Part shown: one piece after another, positions 29,813 to 42,064 of the stretch
Layout: each line of letters opens with the position of its first letter
Numbering within the stretch: position 1 is the first letter of the stretch
Source of the DNA: Balanoglossus misakiensis
Lineage: Eukaryota; Animalia; Hemichordata
DNA: 64,000 bases
Direction: 5' to 3'
Assembly (NCBI GenBank): GCA_040954595.2
Contig: CM082578.2
Location: 8,169,519 to 8,233,518 of the forward strand
Made by a program: the position numbers and the translations under genes
Notes under the pieces: model-generated
What the model saw: the letters and a program-made list of their open reading frames with translations, nothing else
Databases searched by the model: none
Told to the model about the DNA's origin: nothing

Positions 29813-32800
29813 TCATTGCAACAAAGTGAAAAGAAAAGCAGCGAGGGTAAAAAGCAAGACTGAGGCGTGAGCTGTGACGGCAGAAGAAGGGTCATCGTCG
29901 TCGCTGATAGTATCTCCACCGCCACCAGGTGCTTTGGTGGAAGATTTGACGGCAGAAGAAGGGTCATCGTCGTCGCTGATAGTATCTCCACCGCCACCAG
30001 GTGCTTTGGTGGAAGCGCCCCCGGTGGCAGATTCATCAACTCCTCCACAGAAGAAATTCATCTTCTGCCGCAAGTAGATGTCATTTGCAACAAGGTCCTC
30101 TTCTATGTTTGGACAATATTGTCTGACTTTTTCCGTCTGGCACTCGACAACGGTGTCGAAATCTCTGAAATTCAAAATAGCGATGATAAATAAGCTTAGT
30201 GTTTTATATTGCTGTGGTCAGCTGTATTTAAGATATTTTTTGTTATTTCGATTACAAACATGCACTACATAAGTCACCGCGTAGACTCTAGAGCCAAGAC
30301 CAGGAAGTGCGTTTGCCGCGCCTTTCCGAAGAGAATAAATGAAATGAATGTCTCCGCTAGCTGAACAAAACAGTTGTATGGTAAATGAACAGAACAAATG
30401 TTACTGTAGACTAAAAGATTCAGTCCTGTACGGGCAATGTCTATGACCATGATGACCCTTTACCCGGAGCGCCTGCACAGGACTGAATCTTCCAGTCTAA
30501 CGTTCATCCTTATTAACAACAGCTGAACCACTTCTTCTTGGGAAGTGACGGTGGTAAGAGTGCATAAATTCAATACTACTTATGATTGACGTGTCACAAG
30601 TTCCAGGGTTTAAACGCAAAAATGGCATGGATGAAAAAAAGTGCGAAAGTGGCCGGTTGGTTTCCACTTACGTGCAAAGTCGGGGATTCAGCGGATTCGC
30701 GGCGAACGTCTGGTCGAAACTGGAGGCGCAGGCTGCAGAGGTGGGCCCCAGCTCGGAACTGCATTGCTGCTCCGGGCCAAACTCGACCGATGGGGTTAGA
30801 TGCGTGAGCGACGAGATGTTGCCGAAGCAGAATATCTGATCGAACATGGGTAGGGTGCTGCTGAAGGGGCCCAACGATTGTTGGATGATCATCTTCAGCA
30901 TATCGTTCGTGTCCTCGGTGATACATTTGTCCGCCTCTCCGTTCAAGCAGTCGGTGACACCGTATACTTTAGGACTGGAAGACAGGGATGGAGAGCGAGC
31001 GAATATTTTGTGTTGATCACATACAAGTCATTCACTCACATAAACCATGACTTGACATTAGAAGAGCAATATAAAACACATTTAGCAGTTCCATGAAATT
31101 TGAACTTGCTGTGTGTGGGTCTGTTGGTAACAGAATACATCAATATTTGACTCAGCGGGCTCCATAAGTCGCTGTGCACGCATGCGCTATACACAAGTCT
31201 GGAAACCAAATCCAGCAATAGTCCATAGGCCTATACAGTGTTATATTCTCCGTTCGATTTCATCGGGAAATAGCAACTTTATTCATCACATATCCCAAAC
31301 GAACGTTCCTTTACCTCGTCAACTTTCATCATTCATCTCCCTGTAAAAAAAATAATTACTTTTGTGGTTTAGTTCCCCCAAAAAACAAATAGAAGTGCGT
31401 CGACTCGAAAATGCCCAGTTTTTGTTTGTCTCAGTCTTTAATACATACCTGCACTCGCCTGTGCTTTGACGCAGGGAGGCCATCATCTCGGTGTAACACA
31501 TTCCAACACTGTCAGCCAACCAGCGACGGAGCGGATCAACCTCTGCGAAGGATTGCGGACACTGGGCATTGCCGTGACAGAAGAACAGTACTGTAAAAGA
31601 AAGGAAAAATATCCTATGCCATATTCCACACAGACACACAACCCATTCCTGGCAGTGTTTGCAACAATATCATAGCGTGTTTTCCCCCCAGAAATTACAG
31701 ATTTACAATTTCTGAACACACCGCGGCTGTACGCTACTACTAGTTTATCACATGAACTGGCCCTGATCACCACCTGTGTGACGTAGACCAGGACAGATCA
31801 AAAATCCTGATCACCCCTGTGTTACGTCATCAACCGGAACTATTTCCACCGATTCGCCGTAGCTTTGTTGTCAAACAGAAACAGTACGTGTAGCGCGCGG
31901 CATTTACAATACAGAAATGAAATAAAAAAATTACGGTTCCATGACAATAACGCTTTGTAAGCTCAAAACAGAAAGGTGGAATTTGGAAAGAAGACAGTCG
32001 ACGCAACGATCATGGACGATCGTGGCTGTCAAAGTTTTGGGTCAGGTGTACATAGCCTAGGCTAGGCGCAAGTCCGGTACGTTCCGAGTCGAATCAGCGT
32101 GGGGAATTGTTTCGAGCCAGTTCAGCGTGACGACTGAACCTCTCTATTGCACCGGTCAACGAAATGTATAAGACGTGGCAACAGGTTGCAGTAAAATTGT
32201 TAGAGAATCGATTACATTTGTGTAAGGCCGAACTTCGAGCGAACGGAACTCAACGGGACGACTTGTTGGGAGATTTTATGAATGATCAGCGATAGTTCAC
32301 CATTTGCGTATATGCAAATGATGAACTATCGCTGATCATTCATAAAATCTCCCAACATATATCTCCTGGGGGACATAATCCCGCTCAGTAAAATACGACA
32401 CCGCTCCAAAATTGTTGCAAGGTACTGAATTGTTTTAGTCCTGCCTCTTCTAACGAAAAATAAGAAGACTGTTCATGTGATAAATATATAATCCCATGAT
32501 ATCTTTCTTTGTTTAACGTCATCGTATACTCGTGGTTTTCGCGGAAGCGTACAACTTCTCGCCTGCGGCTCGAAGTTGCACTGCTCCGCGAAAACCACTC
32601 GTATACGATGACGTCAAACAAAGAAAGATATCATGGGATTATATGTAAATATCCCTTCGTGATAAAAATATATTTTATTTTACGATTTACAGCAAAATAT
32701 CCCGTTCTACAATTTATCTCCGGTGCATGTACGTCAGTTACATCACCTCTCCAAGCGAGCAAGTCGTATCGAAAAAATACATATGAATTAAAACGATGCG

Positions 32801-32961
32801 GCTATCGGGGCTAATACCAGACACTAGACCATAGTGTGAGGCGACAGTATAAGAATACCGTAAAAGACGTCGCCGTACCCTACATCTGATTTTAATCAGA
32901 TTGACGCCAGACGTGACCTACCCGCTGAAAGGGCGATGACCGGAAAAACTTTGAAAGCCAT
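29813..32961 (-). CDS. Uncharacterised secreted Cys-rich protein with acidic Gly/Ser stalk and C-terminal hydrophobic tail (probable GPI anchor), 278 aa
   Basis: Exons 32961-32922 (MAFKVFPVIALSA), 31590-31449 (VLFFCHGNA|QCPQS..), 30974-30672, 30164-29813. Phases 1/2/2 are consistent; total 837 nt. Ends SSAVTAHASVLLFTLAAFLFTLLQ*. Confidence 0.85.
29875..30015. repeat. Exact coding tandem duplication, period 72 nt (24 aa)
   Basis: 29875-29943 is identical to 29947-30015; encodes STKAPGGGGDTISDDDDPSSAV twice. Confidence 0.95.
30407..30499. mobile_element. ~93-bp MITE-like inverted-repeat element in an intron
   Basis: Imperfect terminal inverted repeats tagactaaaagattcagtcctgtacgggc ... gcctgcacaggactgaatcttccagtcta. 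Confidence 0.5.
32264..32357. repeat. 94-bp near-perfect palindrome
   Basis: tgttgggagattttatgaatgatcagcgatagttca...tgaactatcgctgatcattcataaaatctcccaaca with two mismatches and no spacer; the centre contains the octamer ATGCAAAT. Confidence 0.9.
32486..32644. mobile_element. 159-bp hairpin element with the tandem-GA / GNA-loop signature
   Basis: Arms atataatcccatgatatctttctttgttt...aaacaaagaaagatatcatgggattatat, two CTCG/CTCG internal loops, apex ctcgcctgcggctcg. Confidence 0.8.
32849..32903. repeat. Truncated copy of the 16018-16142 palindromic element
   Basis: 32860-32903 is the reverse complement of 16018-16061 with one mismatch; the preceding ataagaataccg matches the loop side of the full copy. 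Confidence 0.75.
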
Positions 32962-34539
32962 TATAGTTCAGTGCTTGAGCGATCGTCTTCTTGTCTCAAC
33001 TGAAACGAGAGAAAGGGCAAAGTTTCGGTACCCATGGCAAAAAAATATATCCAGGAGGGAACAGCAAGCGTTCACAACAGAATGAAATGAGATACGGCAA
33101 GGTTGTCGCCGGTCAATTTATCGTACGGTAATTTCTAACCCTTAGCATCATTTTCAAACCAATACAGAATACGGGACGTACCCCCACTTTGCCATTGTTG
33201 GTATTACATCTACAACATTTTGAGCGTTCTCAGAAAATTATCATGATGTACTTTTCAAAGTGAATTTTTGCGGTGTAACTAAGTTGAGTCATGGTTTAGT
33301 GAAATTAGCTTTTCAGTTGGCTCATAATTAAATGCCAAATGCACTTTTTTGGTATCAAGATCACAATACCATCATGCATTCTGGAAGTTAGTGACAATCA
33401 AACAGGAAAGAAAACTATAAATTCCACTGAGAAGTGCGGTATATATGTATATCATCGAAACTACAGACAGGGGTCAGAGATTTGTACATGTTTATTGATA
33501 TTGGAATATTCACAAAACTTCTCATGAATGATAATTTTGTAATCCGAGAAATCAATTCGATTGTCCGACAATCATGTTCAACTGTTTCGCGTCAATGTCG
33601 ATCTGCATATTCCACACTATATAAAAAGACGGCAACTTGCGTTTTGAACGGCGGTCCGGCTTATTTGCTTTCTAATAATACACGCTCAACGGTATTAACT
33701 CTCAAAATAAACGGACGAATTGTCCTTGTATCAAGTTTGAATTACATTTTGTAAATTTGTCCAGGCATGTCGTTTGTATGGGTGTACAGACAGAAACATC
33801 GACAGACAGACAGACGTGCGGACGCAGGCAAGACTAGTAATTTACCAAAGAGACATATGGCAGTAAAGGTTGGGCCTTGACAAAATGAGACCCATGTCAC
33901 ACACAAAGTCTGTGATTCCGTTCATGGTCGACTTGACTCGATATCGAATATAACTACATGCTATGTAATCCTTTGTGTTTGGACAGTAATGAGGATTAGA
34001 TTACTGGACGGAGGACAATTCTAGTACATGTAGATAACCTCAAAGTTGGCTTTGTCGTCAATGTCGCGTGGAAAAAGTCAAGAATGTCTTTTTCGTTGAC
34101 ACTATCGGTGCCCCCACCGAAGGAAACTTTGGCGGTCGATTGCATGTGTTTCACATTAAAATGGGCTGACTATGATAAATCGAGGCAACAATGAGATTAC
34201 GCAGATTCTGATTTCCTCTCAGGATTCCACTGGCAGAAGGCTGTTTGAGTAGATAATGATTCACATATACACTGGGGAACTGTCACACAGTACATTGTAA
34301 AACAAGTTATCGTCAATGACCTAGTCCCCACTGATCAATCGATTACAAGAACACTGAAGGAAGTCATGCAGAGACGCTTGTGCTGTTTGGGCCATTGTTT
34401 CACGTAGGGCATAACTGTGCGAAGTGTTGCTCAATGTTGATGACCCCCCATGCCCATTAATGCGGCCAATCGATAGCGGGCCAGGTTAACCACGCAACTA
34501 GGTCAGTCAACTTCACCCAAGTAGCAAATACCAGGTGTG

Positions 34540-34785
34540 CACATGTTAATATGCAAATATCATTCAAACTCACAGCAAGTCTTATGCAATCACCAGGCTG
34601 AGGTCAGCGGCACTACAAGGAATTTTCTGAAACATGTTCAACTAAAAAATCATCTCCCGACACCGAAATTTCAATGAAATTGGTCCTGGCTTGTCTGAAT
34701 TCTGGCTGTCATGGTAGATGGACGGATGAACCACGTGAACGGACGGAAGGCAACCTATTATTAGTCCCTGCCTGGGGAGACTAAC
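34540..34785 (+). mobile_element. Degenerate Helentron-associated (HINE/DINE-like) repeat fragment
   Basis: aaatttcaatgaaattggtc motif, (GGAC/GGAT)-like tetranucleotide stretch, and a short terminal hairpin ttagtccc...ggagactaa. Family assignment is inference. Confidence 0.3.
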
Positions 34786-36089
34786 CAGAACAGCGCCTGA
34801 TAAATGAAGGTATGTAGGTCCACGACCATGCTTGCAATAGAGACTGATGACGATCATGTGTCTTGTTGGAATGGGCACATCTACGGAAATTTCACACATA
34901 TCCCCTTACTCCCAACCCACTTTTCTCAACCCACTTGAGTATTATTCACAGACGCAGCATCAAATTAGAAAATGCCAGCCTCAAACCCATGCACAATCAC
35001 ATAACGCTTCACAAGGCCGACCTAAACACCGCGTGCTATACACAAGGATCACCCGAGGCCCCGGTACTTTGCATCCAAATATGGAAAACAGAACGCAATT
35101 AACAGTGGGCCCCATTCTCAATGCCAAGTCTACGCTCACACGCAGCCGAGGCAATTTACTAGAAACACGATACGCAGCGTGGTTCTGTACTGTAACAAAA
35201 CACCACTGTTGTATAATCGAAGTGTTGGAGAAACATTTGGAGTATGAATTCCGGCGACTCAAGGCTATTAAAATTGGTTTGTTGTGTGGTATAATATTCA
35301 TACTTTATTCATTAGCTTATACCGTCAATAATTTAATTATCATAGAAAAGAGACTGGAAACTGCGCGTGTTTTTCAGTATTAACTGGGTGTTGCCTAAAG
35401 CATACTCATCCAAACAGTGAGGTAATGGAAACGCATGAAATGTATCATTTGGACGCAAAAAGTACCCCCGTACTTTGACTAGCTGTTTTTCTGTTGAGAA
35501 AAATTTCCATTCCTTAAAAAGCGTAATCCTTATCGACGGGTTGAACGTCACGCGATCACGGACAGAACTTTCCTCCCGATAAATGCATTCTACTCTTCTT
35601 CCATTTAGTGTTGATTCTAGCCTGTACAGCAGTGTGGGTGCGAATCCCAGTACAAGTCGAGCGCCGTGTAGTAAAACTCTACTACAGACGCCCGACGCGA
35701 CTTGCGGTTCTGATCAACCGACGATAGAGAGAACGCACAGTCAACCAATCGTGTCACGCATCTTCTCCAGAAAAGTGGGATCAAATTTTAACAATCACAT
35801 GCACTGTTTTGCTCCCATTAAAGTAATATTCGGCATGCACGCCGGTTCACACATGGCTCCGCCTAAGTAATTCTGTAATATAAGATGGATTACCTGTTCC
35901 GCTGCCTGTCTCACCGATGCGCTTTCTGTTTATGCAGAAATGCTCCCTATACGTCCTCGTCTATGGGCCTGCCGGCTGTGAATGAATCACTATAACTGAC
36001 TGAACTTGGGGTGTGATAGCTTACCCGTGGCGCATGCGCGTACTGCCCTCGAAGGTGACGAAAGAGAGGGGCCACTACCCGCAAATAAC

Positions 36090-36515
36090 TTAGGGACTGG
36101 TCAGTTTCTCCAGTCTGGGAGGGGTTCGGTAGAATTTATTAGGTGTGTGTCAAAATGTCACTGATCCCCATTGGAGACAAGGCAAAAAAGAGTGACCCCC
36201 TTTCTGGGAAATTTCAAACACATGGTGGTAGTACATGTATTTAATTTACGCGTTTGGGGTTAAACCATTTACTGTATTGATATAATGTTATATAAATCAT
36301 ATTTAACTGAGTTTTCAACTTAGTAATGTTTCTGCATTCTCAGTCAGTATTTGATGTTTCGCATAAACATTGTTTGTATGTTCAGTTTGTCATGCGTAAA
36401 TGCCCGAATTTATGCGCAAAATTTCATGACCCTTGAAAAATGCTTGCGCGAAAAATGGAGACGGAACCTCTAAAATAACATCGACACCCCCCTGTAATTT
36501 TTGTCCCGTTCCTAA
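36090..36515. mobile_element. Possible degenerate MITE with TTA/TAA flanks (PIF/Harbinger-like)
   Basis: ttagggactggtcag at the left end, gtcccgttcctaa at the right end, with subterminal G and C runs; imperfect. Confidence 0.3.
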
Positions 36516-39500
36516 AGAAATCATCTTACTCTTCCATACCATAGGCACTGGTTTCAAAGTATCTATGACTCACCGCTGATCGGAAATTTGATCTGGTCGG
36601 AGTTTCGTCACTGTCACGGTGACAAAAACCTATTTATATCGATCAGCTTTCAGAGAATAACGGAAAGGGCGGGAAACGGGGTGTTTCAAGAGAATCGCGG
36701 ACAGGGGCGGAGAACGTGTGCTTTCACACTGCTATAACTTAAATTGAGATTAAAACGATGCGTAGCGGGAAATACGTTCGTAATTGCCGTTTATCTTGTC
36801 ACACATACCTAAGACCACCCCCATGCGAGTTGATAGTACTCCACTCCAGGGTTTCGCTGTGGCCGCTCAAATCCCCACAGTTCCTTCTGAACACGTGTTC
36901 TGAACAATGTTTGCACGAGGATGCAGCGAACATCGTTCGTGATATCCGATTCCCTTGAGATGCTATTTATTAAGCGAGTCCGTCATACATTATTAATCCC
37001 TGCGGTGCACCTCAATTTAAACATCACAAAATTAAACTGCGATCTTTCAAATAACCATTATTGTAAAACACGAACATCCTTCTCCATAATCATCTTTCCA
37101 TTCTCGTAACAAATCATTTTTCTGAAAGCATGTTGGGGTCAGCAGCAATAATCATTGATGAATTAACGCGTATCTATTACAGCCCTATAAGATAGGCGGA
37201 ACAGGCTTTTCATATTATAACAATTGACTTGACTTAATTTAACATATCTTATGTTGAAAGAATCCGAATCAAGATTGTCCGTCTTTGCTTGTTCCATAAA
37301 AAATCACCACCGTGACAATCTTACTATAGTATAAAAAATCGATTAAAAACAAGTGTCATAAAAGGTGCATCTCATCCTTAAGTTTTATCCTGTTTCATTT
37401 AATATCCCACGTTTAATTAAGACGTGGTCTTTTTAAATATTAATGAACGTTTCTAAGTAACATTTCAAGGTGGCACAGGAGACCAAGTCCGACTACAGTT
37501 TTTTTTTAAATCAAGCACCAAGTTAAAAAGGAAAATCAGTGCACTTTATTTGGTATCTCAAAATTAAATAACTTACAACAGACAAACATTCCTTTCTCAT
37601 GAAGGCCCAGATTTTGTTCAGGGTTGTGATAGCGTGGATGTATCACATGATTACTTGAAGAAGGACGGACAACATAACTGGGATTGATAATGTGCCTGTC
37701 GATTACTGATAAATCTCTCTACGGGAGTTTGGGCACTTTTTGAGCGACTGTGATTTGAAGTATATTGTGTGATTTTTGCAATGTATAAAAGACAAAAAGT
37801 GCACATATTCTTAAATGTAGAGATGTAAAACTTCATGCGACCAATATCTAAAAGGGACAGTAATTCACGGTGTCGTTATCCGCTTGTAAAAGTCTGTGTG
37901 CATATACCTCACGGACACCATGCCTCCACGGCTATGTATGACGTTCACATTTTTGTTTACATCAAATGATATTTTTGTATGTATCTCGAGGCCACCGCAA
38001 CCCCTTATCAGTATCAAAGTTTTCCAAATAACGCGGGATTGACAATACAATGTCATCGTGGCTAACAGGGAAGGTGTTTAGTGACTGAAAGGTTGATAGG
38101 CGAAAAGTGACATTGGATGGTCATCTTTGAAATGACGAAAAAAAGTTCTGTCATTTGCGAGACTTGCGACGGAAGACTCAAACCATGCATGCTTCTGCTG
38201 CAGAGGACGATGGTCCAGCAATACGGCTGCGCCCGAAGGACCCTGGATTCTCAACCAATTCATCTGCAATGTCTCTAATAGCATTATTCAAATGTAGATT
38301 ACATGATGTTACGCCTAATGAATGATAGTGCAACTTAAAAAAAAATCTTAGATAAAGCTACACTGACCATCACTGCTCCGAACTGAATCTTATTTTCGAC
38401 GCCCGACAAATGTTGTTTCATTCGAATATGACACATGATGAAATATATATGACAAATATAGCCACAATAAAATTGTGGCTGTTTTTAAAATCAAAATGAT
38501 ATTTCACTCTTGGAAAGGTTCGCCGATCTATGTTAGTGGATGTATCTCTGATTTTATTAAACCCTGATTGTAAATGGTATATGTATGGGGGGGGGGAGGG
38601 GAAACCCTCAAAAGTGTAAATAGAAAGATTTTGTTTGTTGAAGGATGTAACTATCTGCCTTGAAAACAACCTTTTATTTCCGCTGTTTGGCCCTGGCCGA
38701 CATTTTTAACCAATGGCAGCGTGTTGACATCCATATTACTGGTTCCTATATGTTAACCTTGTTTACATCGTTGGTCAACGTACTGCGGGTGGCCGAGAGG
38801 GCCGAAGGATCCCGATAAGACGTATTGATCCTTCCAAGAACACAGAATCGCGGGGAAAATATCAGACGACATTTCCGGGGACGGAGTTGAACAATGAAAT
38901 AGCCTTGAACAATTTAATCGTCCATATTATGTAAGACATGCATGATCATGCAAAACAGCATTCACCAAGGACTCTGACCAAATGTCATGGTTTTGTCAGA
39001 AATCACGTGACGAAACATTACCAATGAATGTAGTGCTGCCTACATCTGTTGTGACAAGGTGAATACTGCAAAAACATGTCATTTAGGTAGCATGGTATTT
39101 CAGCTTGTTTTGCTAGGTGTGGAAATTAAATTTTTCTCTATATTTACCATAGATTTGGTCGAGACTTCTTCATAGCTTTTAAAACTCGCTGATTGTACTG
39201 TAAATCAAAATTCGCTAGTAAAGCACGCAGCTCGGATCTCACATGCCATCATTTTGTTTTGGATGTCGCAAGGAATGCGTCAGATGTCGTTTTATGTGCA
39301 AAGTGGGCCTCAGCGTTATTTCATTGAATTTATCGTCTAATATCAAATACAAGTGATGCTCCAAAATTCTGGGGATGCAAGGACCAGTGTACAAATACGG
39401 ATTTTTAATATACATCACAAATACCTACTTGATATAACCATGGATACTTAAGAAAATTCTCCTCGAGTCCATCTGTGATATTATTAACAGGCCACTAATT

Positions 39501-42064
39501 AAAAATTCACCCCAGACGTCACGCCACATATAACACGATAATATGGCGACAGTATTATACGGCAATTAGGAGACAAAGGTACCACTCGTTTGATGCGTCA
39601 ATTCATTGAAATTTGTCAAGCCATGAAAAATTGACATCTGGATTGTTTTAAATACAATTAAATATACTAGTAGTTTGCGATAAATAAAACCCTCAGTCTG
39701 CCTTCAGTGAAAACCTGAACCAGAACAATACAAATACAAATTTATAAAGCTAATAGGTGCGTTTTTTATTTCACCTTTCACCAGAGAAGCAAATTATCAG
39801 TCTCTGTTGTCACTCTTTGGCTAAATTTAGATCAACTGATCGCCAATTAAAATTGAAACAAGCTCAAAACAAGGCATGCAAGAAAAACAGCGGCTGCGCA
39901 AAATATTTGAATGTCTTCCGGGAAAAGTCCCAATTATATATTGTCGAAATATGGACGAAAAGTAAAATTATGCACATATCAGATAGACCCCGATTTACAA
40001 CTCGCGACACCCCATCCAAAGATGCAAACGCAACATCGAGTCAAAATGTGAGGGAGTGAGTTGAAAATGGGGGTCTGAATTTTGGCGTTGATTACGCTCC
40101 ATACACATATGATGCCTTCCTTTCTTGCGATTTTTAGTCTAAATCACGATAAACTGCTATATTAAAAAACCAATGTCAAGATGTACATATATAGTTACCT
40201 GCTTCAATTACAGGATCCAGACTAGCAAATCTAGTCTGGATTGATCGATCTAACTGCTGGGTCGGGATTTTCCACAACGGCGGCGATAACTAGCTATAAA
40301 GCGAATTATTTTAGAGATTTTATCCACGAGTCAACAATATCCAATTATGTCGAAACAATTCCATCAAAATGGGATTTATTATGGAAATGATTATGTTGAT
40401 TTCCCTTACGAAATGAACGTCATCATCGTGTTTACAGATATGACAACACGTTAGAAGTCGTAATGTCCTGATCGCTTTTAGTTTGGGTCTTATTCCTTCA
40501 TTCTTCCTTCTTTCGAGGTTTTTAATGTGTCTTTGAAAAGATCGACCTATCCAAGTTAGATTTTCACTGGCGACCACTGTTACAGTATTGAATAATAGTG
40601 CGTAATAGTGCGTGCGTAAGACTGGTAGGGTGTACAATTAACGCGCGTTCGTTATTATTGGGCTTATAAGGGGTAATTGCGGTGATAAGCTCGTTCTGGA
40701 TAATGTTCTAAATTTCTCAAATTAGCTGAACTTTAGAAATTTTCTCATTACATTATTTCGTTGGTCAAATATATACCGGATATCTCTGAAATAGTCATCT
40801 TCGCCCGCCAAGGTCTTGCTGTCCGAAAATAGACTGGTCGAGCCAGCGGTCCGTGCGAGCGGACGATGTGAAATAGTGTGTTTGCCATCCTCTCAAAGTA
40901 CATGCGCAGATGTAGGTGTTTCGGCTATTCTAATAATACTGGCTTCAAGGCCATGTGAAGCCAATAATCTTGCAGTAGGAAAAAAACAGCCCCATTATTA
41001 TACGAAATGATCAAAAATGTCTAAATTTCCTTTTCAGAGAAATAAATTCATAGACAGTAGGCTAGCCTATGTCCATAGAATATATACATCGTAAAAAAAA
41101 GTGAAGAAAATGCCAAATGTAATGTCGGAAACAAGTCATGTCAGAATAATCAGACATGTGTAGTTGCGTAATAACATTGACGAAGCTTAATTACTACTGT
41201 TGAATAGAAGGTGCTACCATCGCATAATAGACATCCCTCTGTCAAACCGACAGACGAAATGACTGTCACAATCGTAGAACCATAAGCTTAATACTAAATA
41301 GAAATGTGTACAAATTATATCTACATGTATAATTTGGGCGCATAAATGGCAATACTGCGAGTTCTTGCATTTGGCATATATAATGATGGATACCATCCGG
41401 AATATTTAGAACATTCCACGGTTGAAGGAAGACAACATCATCCAATTTCCGACCTATAAATGTCTTTCCGGCTTTACATGTGACTTGTGCGCTCCTCCGT
41501 TTTGTCCAATCATGGAGGTACATGTACAATCTTAATTTCTTTCACTACATTTCAAATGGCTGCCTGTACCTGGGCTTATCATGCTTATGGGGGCATAGTG
41601 CAATCACACGACTTACGCAATCACACCAATCTGAACACAGTCATTTGAGTCATTAACTTGAGACAAAGACAAAGTCTGCTTAAAATCAGTGTTTATTACA
41701 AAATAATTAAGCCCCTGGACTTTTGGCAAAAGTCTAAATCACATCAGTTCAAATTCAATTGACAATCTTACAAAGTTTGAAACCAACCAGATGCATGTTA
41801 TGGAATGTTGTTGTCATGATAATGAAAATCGCTGATCTGGGATGAATGAGAAAGGGTGCGACTAGCTCAGAGAATTCTGTGCAATTCTGGATGGGAAAAA
41901 AAGAAAACTGAAATGCTGAAAAGCAAATAATGAGACGTCCCTTTTCTAATTACTTTGGACTCATTATATCCGTCATTAGCACAGGATAATTAGATGTACC
42001 AGTACTGGTACCCTCTTTAATTATTTGCGACTAATTTATCAATCATCTAAACATCTGTTTCCAT

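Noticed and set aside
34847-35383. 178-aa ORF and other 60-130 aa ORFs in 33-41 kb and 52-59 kb
   Set aside because: No recognisable domains and no consistent exon chain; small hidden exons cannot be fully excluded.
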